This document shows positions 35,424 to 44,936 of a stretch of 64,000 nt of DNA, piece after piece (positions within the stretch are counted from its first letter, which is position 1; the number at the start of each line of letters is the position of its first letter). A program made the translations under genes and the position numbers. The notes under the pieces were generated by a model that was given only the letters and a program-made list of their open reading frames with translations, had not been told where the DNA came from and searched no databases. Source of the stretch: Elsinoe ampelina. Its lineage: Eukaryota. The stretch spans positions 1,105,109 through 1,169,108 of the forward strand of contig ML992506.1 in the NCBI GenBank assembly GCA_010093995.1, in the 5' to 3' direction.

Positions 35424-35583
35424 GGCCTAATGGGTAAGCTCTGCCTCTTCCGCTCTCACCGGTCTCGGCCTAACACTTCCTAGTCTAGGCGTATGATTCG
35501 TCCTTCGGGTAACGTCCTTCGGGACATCCCCAGTGCTCTGCATTGATTGGACGAGGTCCCGCGTTCAATTCGCGGTTAGGCCC
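35424..35583 (+). tRNA. tRNA-Pro(CGG), exons 35424-35433, 35484-35509 and 35548-35583 (72 nt), with a spliceosomal-type intron 35434-35483 and a canonical tRNA intron 35510-35547
   Basis: Acceptor stem GGCCTAA/TTAGGCC plus C73. Pro-type D arm TGG|TCTAGGCGTATGAT. Anticodon stem CGTCC/GGACG with loop TT-CGG-G^T. Variable loop AGGTC. T arm CCGCG-TTCAATT-CGCGG. Downstream TTTCTTTT. Confidence 0.88.
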
Positions 35584-35591
35584 TTTCTTTT
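35584..35591 (+). terminator. Pol III-type T-rich terminator of the tRNA-Pro gene
   Basis: TTTCTTTT immediately follows the discriminator base. Confidence 0.6.
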
Positions 35592-37078
35592 GACCCTGAG
35601 ATGGTGTCGATAGCATCATTTTTGAGTCCGCAAGTGGAGGTTGAAGTGGGAGGTGATACGGAGAGATGTATCACGTGTGGCAAGGCCACGGGTTGTTCCA
35701 GCATCACGAGCTCAACGAGATGAGCATCAGCAAAGACGGAAGCACCAACAACAGGCATCGAAAGCCGCAAGTAGCATGTGTCGCCGTCCGCAGTCGTTGT
35801 CGAGGGTAAATTTCGCGTGGCAAATTTTCTCATATTCTTGAACGACGGTGAGCAAATCCGCCCTCCGGTCTCTTGCATGACATCGATCGCGGAGACCATA
35901 ATGATCACGCACACAACATTGCTTGCAGCAATAGTCTCGCCGCCGTTGCAGACATCTGACTCTTCTCGACGATAAGGGCTGTGATGCATATGTCGGGTTT
36001 TGCTCAAGCATCTACCGACCCACGAAGGCAATACAGCAACAAAGAGCATCATTCGAATCCCGGCGACCAGTAATGCCAGAGGAATCTAACGATATCGTTA
36101 CTAGATCCGTACTTTGAGATTGAAGCGGACAGACTTTTACAACGGGACCGTCTACAATGCCCGAAAGGTCCGGTTGTATACGACATCGCTGCCATGCGCA
36201 CGGTCAATCAAGTTGGTCTCACTTGGTCAGAGTTCCGCACGAATCCAATGGAATGTGCGCTCTGCCTCTTGACGGACGCAGAAGAAGCTCACAAAAGCAC
36301 CTCCATTGACTCGTTCTCGCCCAACCGGGGTCAAATCTCTCAAACTGAGGCACACTTTGGGCGCACTTGGGTGACTGAGCGTAAGGCTGATGCAAATATA
36401 CTCTCTCGAAACCAGCAATCACCTGGACTTGCGGGTCCAATATCTGCAACCTTTCCAAGGCTGCCCAGCCAAGCTCGAACTCAGTAGCAGAGGCTTACGT
36501 GGAAATTCATAGTCTGGGTCCCTAGCTTCATCCAACAGACTATCAAGTGATCTCTGATGATTGGCTTCGATACCAGAGTCTTGTCCACCAGCAGCTAGTA
36601 TCAAGGCCGGGAAATTGCAAGTGAAGATCTTATGACACTGGTATTTCAAATCAACCCGGAATGTCCTCGCCGAGTTTGATTATGCAGCATCCCGGGTCAT
36701 TCAAGCTCGAAGCATATACCGACTAGGATAGCTACTCATCCATTGATGTGAGAGGCTCCATCAGACAGAGTACGACCGAGTTCTAGAATGCTAACCATGG
36801 CCCGGCTTATCAGTGGCGACCTCTTGGTGGTCATCCACTTCGCAATTCAGCTTCTCCTATATCTTGAAGCGTAACATAGAGTTGCACCCGATATACTATC
36901 GTCCCACTCGGATCCGACGCGGCAGCATATTTCACACAAGAGATGCATTTGATAGCTACTCTGACTATTGAATTCACTTGAGGTGTGCTTCCGTGATCGA
37001 AGTCATAAGTCCAGCGCCTCGGAACAACTATTCTCAAATTTGTATCCATGACTTCCTTCTGGCCACCATACTGCGACA

Positions 37079-40000
37079 ATGAGGTGGCAAGCAATTGTTC
37101 TACTATTTCAGTCTTCATATTTACTCCGGGCCTCTTGCGACTCCGGCAAATCGGACAACGATTATGAAGTACAGACCCATGTCAGTGAATTACCACCGGC
37201 TCTGTATCCAAGGCATGCGCTCGACCCATCATACGGCATTCCGAACTATCGAGTTATTAATGGCTATATTGTGGACTGGTCTCCCTTCGAACTACCCCTC
37301 GGCTTTGAAGATGCTTTAGACAGGCTCATCGGCCGCTTCTGGAGAGGTGAATTGAGTTTCATAAAGGCGTTCGGGTTCCTCCAGAAGTACAGCCACTGGG
37401 CACAGCATCAGATCATCGAGTATTTGTACCGAAGAGATGTTAAACGAGCGGTACGTCGCTGGCCCCACCTGGACCTAGAAACCGTTCATTGGTTTGAAAG
37501 GGTGGCTAAACATCACGATCCGGAGAGACTACTGGATCCTGAAAAACGTTGGAGCCGCCTTTCCCCTAACACAGATCTTTGGGCACCGGCGAAGGAAAAG
37601 CTGAGGAAACTCGAGAAGTACGAGAGATTCCCAGCTCGGACCCGAGCCAGATTAGCCCAGCTGGAGGAGGAGTATCGTGAGGCGTTTCTAGATGCACTAG
37701 GACAGGATTGGACGCATATCACCGACGCCAAGTTCAAGAACAGATTCTTCAACCCGCATGATCCGCTACTTAAACCAAATCCCCCAGATAGGCTTTGGGA
37801 CGTGCGAGATTACTTCAAAGCTGATCCGGAGATTCCAAGGCCACCAGACCCGAGTTGGCCGGATCCGCCGACTCATCCTGAGCCCCCTGAACCTCTTGAG
37901 CCGCCTGAAACGCCATGGGGCGACCTCGATGATCCTTTCAAGCCTTCAGCTGAAACGTCGATGGATGATGAACCACCGCAAAATTCCGACGGTTACCGCG
38001 AGGAGTTCGATGAATGGGACTATCCGGGCGCCGAAGAAGATATACCTACCTTCGACGATCCCTCAGTTGACCCCGAACAGCCTATCGATCCAGATTCTCT
38101 AGTGGGCGATCCCCCAGTCGATGTCGAGCCTCCTATCGACTCCGAATCTCCTATCGACTCCGAGCCTCCTGTCGACTCCGAATCTCCTGTCGACTCCGAA
38201 CCTCCTTTCGACCCTGAACCTCCTTTCGACTCCGAATCTCCTGTCGACTCCGAACCTCCTTTCGACCCTGAATCTCCTATTGACCCTGAACCTCCTGTCG
38301 ACCCTGAATCTCCTGTCGACCCTGAAACTCCTGTCGACCCTGAATCTCCTGTCGACCCTGAACCTCCTATCGACCCTGAACCTCCTGTCGACCCTGAACC
38401 TCCTGTCGACCCCGAACCACCCGTTGATGTCGACCCCCCTATTGAGCCCAATCCTCCAGTCGAACCGAAGCCTCCAGTTGAACCCAAACCCCCTCGGCCT
38501 GGGAAACCTCCGCCACCTTCGCCAGAAGCAAAACCAGGGTTTTTCAGACGGTGGTTCGAGAAGTTCAAGAGCTTTCTTCGGAAGTTTCGTAAGGGAGCTG
38601 CTCCACCAACATCGATGCCCAAACCAGTGCCTGATCGTCCGGTACGCCCACCTCTCAAGCCTCCTGGACCCGTTCCTACGATCAAACCACCTGCCGACCC
38701 GAAACCAAAACCAAAACCAAAACCGCGCCCGGGCGAAAGGTTTCCTTACGATATCAAGCCGAAACTACCACCTATCATGGAAGAGGAGCTTGCCGAAAAG
38801 TTTGGACAGATCGGTGCAGGTACTGATGTGATCGAGGCCTTCCCACAACTCGCCGGATTAGGAGAGGAGCTCCAAGCGAAGATTTTGTACTCTCTGGGAG
38901 CATCAGACAACCTGGTGATCAAGGTTGCCGGACGACTCGGGAAGAAAATAGCGATCAAAATCATCAAGACCGTCGCCCGGATCATCGGTCAGAATGTGCT
39001 GATGGCAATCTGGGACTACTATACCGTCAACTTCATGGCCGAGCTCGACGCGATCCTTACGACAATCGACATTGTCACGACTGCAATGATGATCATCGAT
39101 TTGATTCCATATGACATGGGCATATGTGACGCCGCAGCACAAACGTGCAGAATCGAACGCAAGCATCATCCAGGGCATTTCCATGTCCACGACTGTGGAC
39201 CACACCACCAATGTCACTACACTGGTGATCGGTGCGGTCATCGCTTCATGCCGCCGCATCGGACCATGTGCAACTGGCATAGACACGAGATCTATCATAT
39301 GGTCACTGGTCATGGTCCTTGGAAGGAAATCTGGGATGACATTTTTGGCAAAGGATCAGATGATGACCCCGACAAATGGCATGACAAGACATGCAAAAAG
39401 ATGGCAAAGAAGAAAAAGGCAATGTGCGAGTTACAGCATACACCATGGTATTATTACTGCCGTGAGCAGCAAGCGCAAATCGACAAGAATGGAATGGGAA
39501 TCGAAGGGCCAGCACCAGTCATGGCCGCCCTTGCAGCTCGCAATGATGGACACGGGAAAGACCGACATGAGAGAGCCTGCCACGCTTACGCTCAAGCCAA
39601 CATTGATCGATGCAAGTATCAGGTAGATCAATGGCTGCCCATCTGCAAGAAGACTCGCAAGATCCTCGTCAAGATGGAGGCCGAGGCTCCTGATCCATCC
39701 AATACCCTCATCACGAGGAAGAAGCCATCTTCCACTTCGAGGCTTGAACCCAACACTACGATCCTAGAGCTAGGTACAACGGTTACCAACACCTTCACCA
39801 TCTCATACCCAGTGCTCAACCACGGCAACATGACCATGATGGCCAACACCACGATCATGACCTTCGCCACTGTGACAGATTGGACCATCAGCAATGGCAC
39901 CACCGTGGCACCCAAAACTACATCCTCCTCCTTCGACTCTCTCATCCACGTCAAACTCCCAGGCTGGCCCGACTGGCCTCCAAACGACCACTGCAAGCAT

Positions 40001-40909
40001 CGAGCAGAAGATCTTGAGCACGACCTCTGCCGGCCCATCGAACCTCACCTCCTCCACTCAGCCTGCAAAGCCGACGTCTGCTACTGGCGAGAAATGTGCG
40101 AGATCCGCCGCAAACGCGCCGTCGAGATGGCCGAGTTCGAAAAGACCCTGTGTAAGACGGAGAAGAAAGAACAGAAGCCCAAATGCAAACACTTACCCGG
40201 CAAGCACAACCACGAGAACAAACTTTGCAAAGCATACAACGAAGCTCAGGAACACAAGTGCAAAGCCCTCGTCATGGACAGATTCAGTACCACATTACCA
40301 GGGGAGCCCATGCCCCCGTCGCCCGGACGGAGGATCAGGTTTCCCGACTGGCCGAAGCATGATTCGCGTCACAGGTGTTCTCATATGAAAAGGCACCTGG
40401 AAAAGCACGTTTGTGACGAGCAGGACTTGCCGGAAGATTGGCATGACTATTGTGAGAAGTTGGCCAAGGCATGGTTTGAGGGTTGCAGGGCGGCGAGGTA
40501 TGGGAAGAATGATACGTGGTCGGTGTGGATGGGAGGTGATGGGATGGCGCCGACGGCGATCGGGACGGAGACGGAGCCGGGGACGAACACAGCGTTAGAA
40601 ACGGGGTTGGCGCTTGCGGGCATGGCATTTCCAGGGTCGTTGGCAGTCGAGGGGCTGATCACTGGGACGGACTCGGTGTCGTATCTGACACAGGAGACAG
40701 GGATGGTGGCTGAGGTCACGGCAGCGGCAACGGAGGGCGCCCTGCGGACTGCAGAGCTGACTCCGACGGGTTCAGAGCTGCAATCTGGACCTTCGGAGAC
40801 TGGCGCGACATATGGAGTGTTGGCAGCGAGTGAAATGCTGCAGGATGGAGAATCAGCATTGACGAGTGGAGGGGCGTCATCTTTGGCACGAGAGACCGGA
40901 GATGCGTGA
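37079..40909 (+). CDS. Orphan 1276-aa putatively secreted protein: acidic Pro-rich repeats, hydrophobic helices, His/Cys-rich helical repeats, N-glycosylation-rich Thr segment
   Basis: Single 3.8-kb ORF from ATG with a hydrophobic N-terminal signal-like peptide. No family recognised. Confidence 0.75.
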   Translation: MRWQAIVLLFQSSYLLRASCDSGKSDNDYEVQTHVSELPPALYPRHALDPSYGIPNYRVINGYIVDWSPFELPLGFEDALDRLIGRFWRGELSFIKAFGFLQKYSHWAQHQIIEYLYRRDVKRAVRRWPHLDLETVHWFERVAKHHDPERLLDPEKRWSRLSPNTDLWAPAKEKLRKLEKYERFPARTRARLAQLEEEYREAFLDALGQDWTHITDAKFKNRFFNPHDPLLKPNPPDRLWDVRDYFKADPEIPRPPDPSWPDPPTHPEPPEPLEPPETPWGDLDDPFKPSAETSMDDEPPQNSDGYREEFDEWDYPGAEEDIPTFDDPSVDPEQPIDPDSLVGDPPVDVEPPIDSESPIDSEPPVDSESPVDSEPPFDPEPPFDSESPVDSEPPFDPESPIDPEPPVDPESPVDPETPVDPESPVDPEPPIDPEPPVDPEPPVDPEPPVDVDPPIEPNPPVEPKPPVEPKPPRPGKPPPPSPEAKPGFFRRWFEKFKSFLRKFRKGAAPPTSMPKPVPDRPVRPPLKPPGPVPTIKPPADPKPKPKPKPRPGERFPYDIKPKLPPIMEEELAEKFGQIGAGTDVIEAFPQLAGLGEELQAKILYSLGASDNLVIKVAGRLGKKIAIKIIKTVARIIGQNVLMAIWDYYTVNFMAELDAILTTIDIVTTAMMIIDLIPYDMGICDAAAQTCRIERKHHPGHFHVHDCGPHHQCHYTGDRCGHRFMPPHRTMCNWHRHEIYHMVTGHGPWKEIWDDIFGKGSDDDPDKWHDKTCKKMAKKKKAMCELQHTPWYYYCREQQAQIDKNGMGIEGPAPVMAALAARNDGHGKDRHERACHAYAQANIDRCKYQVDQWLPICKKTRKILVKMEAEAPDPSNTLITRKKPSSTSRLEPNTTILELGTTVTNTFTISYPVLNHGNMTMMANTTIMTFATVTDWTISNGTTVAPKTTSSSFDSLIHVKLPGWPDWPPNDHCKHRAEDLEHDLCRPIEPHLLHSACKADVCYWREMCEIRRKRAVEMAEFEKTLCKTEKKEQKPKCKHLPGKHNHENKLCKAYNEAQEHKCKALVMDRFSTTLPGEPMPPSPGRRIRFPDWPKHDSRHRCSHMKRHLEKHVCDEQDLPEDWHDYCEKLAKAWFEGCRAARYGKNDTWSVWMGGDGMAPTAIGTETEPGTNTALETGLALAGMAFPGSLAVEGLITGTDSVSYLTQETGMVAEVTAAATEGALRTAELTPTGSELQSGPSETGATYGVLAASEMLQDGESALTSGGASSLARETGDA
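38126..38430 (+). repeat. Coding 18-bp minisatellite (gaacctcctgtcgaccct-type unit, encoding E(P/S)P(V/I/F)D(P/S)), about 16 copies
   Basis: Directly visible tandem array inside the orphan ORF. Confidence 0.9.
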
Positions 40910-41301
40910 GTGGCCGACGATGACGAATGGCGGATCTTCATCCGCGGCGCAGATGATGGCTGTGGCATTGCAGGTATTGACGACCAAATGATGCGACGAT
41001 GTAATGTGTTTATGTTCAAAACGAAGTCCATTGTTGGGGAATGACCGATCTATATAGGTCAATCTGTACTTAGACCTGTGGATGGAGAGGTCGCTATTCT
41101 GCGAGAGACACCCAAGTCACAATGCTACATCTCTCATCTCAAACAGATTCACAATCACAAGACAGTAGTACTCCCGCTAGACTCGAATTGATAGATAGCG
41201 TTCATTACTCATTACGACACCCATCCCATTCCCCCGTCCTGCTCCTGACATTCCCCCTTCAATTCTACCCAAGGTACATACTCATCCATTATCCATCCAA
41301 G

Positions 41302-43434
41302 CTACCCCTCCCACCCTCCCCACCCAGCACACAACCCCCCACCTCCCCCCCTCGCCACCCATCCCAACCACCCCGCATGCCCCACCAACAACACCACACT
41401 CACCACCCACCCCGCCTCCACCACCAGATCCACCGCCCCCAGCCCCAAAAGCGGGTACCCCACCCGCCCCCGCACCGCGTAGGGCGAACAAGGGTACATC
41501 ACGCTCCCGACCTTCAGGAGGAACAGTATCACCTTGACCGCTTTGCCCAGCGGCGGTTCGGATTGCGCCCACCTCCACGTCCGTCGGAGCAACGTCGGGG
41601 GCGGAGCAGAGGGTGGCGGGAGGAGGAGCAGCTCGTACTTTTTCCTGCGAGGGGTGGTTTGCTCCGAAGGAGGCTGCCAGGTTGAGGTCGGACGACTGGT
41701 GCTGCGCGGAGTGGGGCGGCGGATGATGGTGTGTTGGGAGTGGGATTGGGAGCTCGGGCGGGAGAGGTCGGTGGGGTCGAAGGAGGTGGAGCGGGAGCGG
41801 GAGGGGTGGGGATTGGGGAGGTGAGAGGTGGCGTCCGGGGTGCTTTCGGAGAGGGAGGGGGAGCGAGCGGGACGGCGGCCGCGCGGGGGAGGGAGGTTGG
41901 GGGAGTCGGAGAAGGAGAGGCGTTTGCGGGCTTGGAGGGCGGAGTGGTGGGGGTGGTCGAGGGAGGATACGCGGGTGTGGAGGTCTGGGCGGGAGAGGGT
42001 TGGGGTGGTGGGCAGCTCGTCGAGGTCGGTGCCGGACTGGATGCTTTGGAGGATGTCGGAGGTGGAGGGTCGTTCGGTGTGATTGATGCTCAGGAGGCGT
42101 TTGAGGAAGCGGTAGAGCTGTTCGGGTAAGTCGGAGCGCTTCTTGCCTTGGTCGGTGAAGCCGGTCCAGGCGCTGATTTCGGCGCGAAGGAGGTCCATGT
42201 CTTCGTTTTCTTCTTTGACGTCGGCATTGGTGTAAGGGAGGTCGCCGAAGCACATGTAATACAGGATCATGCCGAGGGAGAAGACATCGGATTTGGTGGT
42301 GAAGTTACCAAAGGATCCCCCTGGTGTTTCCTGCTGGAGGACTTCTGGAGCACAGTATGATAGAGTGCCGGTAGCTCCAGTGGAGGCACGCTGTGCTGTG
42401 GCTGCTTGTACTTCTCCAAAGTCGGAGACGTGTACGGTGACGATGCCGCCGTCACTGTGCAGCAAGCAATTAGAAGGCTTCAGGTCGCGGTGAATATAGC
42501 CATTAGAATGCAGATGATTCAAGCCTGATGCGATGTCCCGAAAGAATGAAAATATCTGGTCCAGAGCCATCTGGCCAGGTCCACGACTAAGGAGGCCTGC
42601 TAGGGATCCCTTTCGCTGCTTGCTTCTGCCAGATGTTATGACAGCCTGTACGTAATCGTGAAGGTCTCCTGCGTTGCAATACTGCTGAAGGATGAAGACG
42701 CAGGGGACCGATGGACCAAATTTGGTTGTCTGGGCATCTTCCAACCAGACGTGTCTGTAAGAGACAAGATTAGGATGATTCAGTCGTTGCAAGAGCTGCA
42801 CTTCGACCAGGACCTTCGCCAGCCAGTCGTGGTCGTTTCCAACAGGAATACGTTTGCATGCGAACTCGCCCAAGCTGACATCGTCAAGCACGTGCTCGAC
42901 CAGCAGAACCACGCCTCGACCGCCTCGACCGAGCATTCGCCTTTCGACGAAGAAGCGCTGAAAGTATCCAGGTAGGAAACTCGATCCCTTGATGCCGTGA
43001 TCCGGGCCTGTTGGAGCAGGTGTGCTACCCACAAACTCTGCGCCAGAAGGTGGTCCTGATCCGCTCACGTTTCTAGAGTCGCCAGATCTGAGTGCTCTCA
43101 AGGGTCTGCCAGGCGAAGGAGGACCAGTCGAATGTGCAGATACTGGTGTCCGCTCGGCCAGCAGGCGAAAGTAGTCGGGGTTGACGAAGCCATGATCTTG
43201 TCTCACAGGACTGGGCTCTCTTCGTGATTGAAACGTCTCCTCTTCTTCGTGGAATGGCCGATGACAATATGGGCACTGACCATACTCGACGGCTCCAGTC
43301 CGAGTATCGCGAAGGGTGAGTTGTTGTGAATGTGGGTCGAGAGTCACCACCGCATTGCCGTGGCGCAGGACGACTTCCTGATTGGACTGATATGGTATCA
43401 GTGACATCTGCCGGTGGCGGTCATTGTTCGCCAT
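41302..43434 (-). CDS. IKS1: IKS1-family Ser/Thr protein kinase with hydrophobic C-terminus
   Basis: LGRGGRGVVLLVEHVLD, FACKRIPVGNDHDWL, HRDLKPSNCLL, SDFGE, GATGTLSYCAPE. Confidence 0.88.
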   Translation of the reverse strand: MANNDRHRQMSLIPYQSNQEVVLRHGNAVVTLDPHSQQLTLRDTRTGAVEYGQCPYCHRPFHEEEETFQSRREPSPVRQDHGFVNPDYFRLLAERTPVSAHSTGPPSPGRPLRALRSGDSRNVSGSGPPSGAEFVGSTPAPTGPDHGIKGSSFLPGYFQRFFVERRMLGRGGRGVVLLVEHVLDDVSLGEFACKRIPVGNDHDWLAKVLVEVQLLQRLNHPNLVSYRHVWLEDAQTTKFGPSVPCVFILQQYCNAGDLHDYVQAVITSGRSKQRKGSLAGLLSRGPGQMALDQIFSFFRDIASGLNHLHSNGYIHRDLKPSNCLLHSDGGIVTVHVSDFGEVQAATAQRASTGATGTLSYCAPEVLQQETPGGSFGNFTTKSDVFSLGMILYYMCFGDLPYTNADVKEENEDMDLLRAEISAWTGFTDQGKKRSDLPEQLYRFLKRLLSINHTERPSTSDILQSIQSGTDLDELPTTPTLSRPDLHTRVSSLDHPHHSALQARKRLSFSDSPNLPPPRGRRPARSPSLSESTPDATSHLPNPHPSRSRSTSFDPTDLSRPSSQSHSQHTIIRRPTPRSTSRPTSTWQPPSEQTTPRRKKYELLLLPPPSAPPPTLLRRTWRWAQSEPPLGKAVKVILFLLKVGSVMYPCSPYAVRGRVGYPLLGLGAVDLVVEAGWVVSVVLLVGHAGWLGWVARGGGGGLCAGWGGWEG

Positions 43435-43808
43435 GGCTCCGTCTCATAACGCGGGAGTATTGCTCGTCATGTCGTCCAATCACTTGTCTGTCGCATTATG
43501 TATCGTGTGGAGGCAAAGCGCGCAAAACTCCGGCCAGAAAGAGCGGAGATAGTTAGATTACGGGAATGATAATTCGTAGAAGGTCTGACGACGTCTTGGA
43601 CGGGACGAGTGTTGGGGAGCGAGGCATGTTGGTCTTTCTGGAACGAGGCTGCGAATTTATACCATGTCAAGTTGGCACGTGACATCAAACCAGTGAAGAG
43701 CATATCTTGACTGATCCTGATCATAAGTGTATGGCGCCCACAACACCGTCGCTATGCTATATAGTACAAATGTGCAATCTCCATCAGGATCATCCCGGGT
43801 ATCTCAGA

Positions 43809-44936
43809 TCAAAATGGGTCGTCCATTTTCATATCCTTTGCGCCAACCTCAGCAGCTCCTGCTGTACCAACTGCCTTTGGTCCCAGTGTATCCGAAGTCA
43901 TGCTCGCATTATTCTTCTCTGTTCCGATGAACACCCCCAAGCCTGCAAATGCTTCAACCAAAGCTCTTGTGTGAAATTCCTGTATGTCATATCCTCCTGC
44001 GTTGATCACCGGGTCTTCTCGTACATTGTTGAGCCATGGCCACTCATAACGCTCTTGTACTGCATAGTACTGAGGGTTGAGACTGAAGCCACCGAATGCA
44101 TCGAACGGCTTCTCCGGTTCTGGCGCCTTCTTCTGCTTAAGACCCTTGACCACGAAACCATTCCCATTCGCTTTGAGGCGCTCAACCTGGTCTCTCTTCA
44201 GTGTAGCAATCCTGTTCTCCTCCTCCAGCTCCTTCGCATCAGCTCCAGACGCCAGTCGATTGATAGCCCGTGTCCGCCCTTCTCGCTTGTCTCTCCGCTC
44301 TTGCTCCTCCTCGCGCCGGAGGGCTTCTCGACGCAGCCGTGCTTGTTCTCGTTCTGCAGCTTGAAGGGCTGACAGGTCCTGACTCAGTTGTGACTCCGCC
44401 GCAGCGTTCGAAGCGATAGCCTCTTTATTTTGTGCAGAATATGCTTGTAGCTTCTTTTCCGTTTCCTCAACATCAATCTTGTTGATCAGGTTGTATGTAA
44501 TGTCCTCCACATCGTTCAAGTAGTTGTTGTAGTCCAGAAGCGTGTCAAACTCTTCTTCTCTTCGATTGAAGACGGCAGCTATTCGCTTTCGAATGTCGAC
44601 TTCGCGCTCCACTTGTATGTCTTCAAAAGTCTGCTCCCTGAATCTGTGCTTACGAAGTGTCCTGGTGCAGCCAGCGATCGGGCACTTGTTCGGTCCATGG
44701 GAGAAGATGCGGTCCACACAGGACTCGCACATTTTGTGATAGCACTCTGGATTGACCAGGAACCGCATCGACTTGTTGAGGTACCGGGAAGACTTGCATA
44801 CTGGGCAGATTTCTGTCGCCGGGTCAGAACTGGAAATGCCCAAGTTTGAGAAGTGATGATCAAGGTGATGCTCACCATCTTGTTCGCCCGGTCGTCCTGC
44901 TCCAGCGCCAGAGCGACCCTGCGCCAGACGAGACAT
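43809..44936 (-). CDS. TFB3: TFIIH/CAK assembly factor MAT1/Tfb3 (RING finger)
   Basis: CPVCKSSRYLNKSMRFLVNPECYHKMCESCVDRIFS, EREVDIRKRI, YNNYL. Confidence 0.93.
   Translation of the reverse strand: MSRLAQGRSGAGAGRPGEQDGEHHLDHHFSNLGISSSDPATEICPVCKSSRYLNKSMRFLVNPECYHKMCESCVDRIFSHGPNKCPIAGCTRTLRKHRFREQTFEDIQVEREVDIRKRIAAVFNRREEEFDTLLDYNNYLNDVEDITYNLINKIDVEETEKKLQAYSAQNKEAIASNAAAESQLSQDLSALQAAEREQARLRREALRREEEQERRDKREGRTRAINRLASGADAKELEEENRIATLKRDQVERLKANGNGFVVKGLKQKKAPEPEKPFDAFGGFSLNPQYYAVQERYEWPWLNNVREDPVINAGGYDIQEFHTRALVEAFAGLGVFIGTEKNNASMTSDTLGPKAVGTAGAAEVGAKDMKMDDPF

Noticed and set aside
35576..37050. Short ORFs between the tRNA and the orphan gene as a gene or pseudogene
   Set aside because: No recognisable domain and no consistent exon chain could be built by eye.
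38020..38831. Alternative-frame repeat ORFs (LLSTLN)n and (GGSGST)n
   Set aside because: By-products of the 18-bp minisatellite. The 1276-aa frame is the one with an ATG and signal-like peptide.
41282..42253. 323-aa Pro/Arg-rich overlapping ORF in IKS1
   Set aside because: A frame shadow of the C-rich skew island. The kinase frame is continuous.
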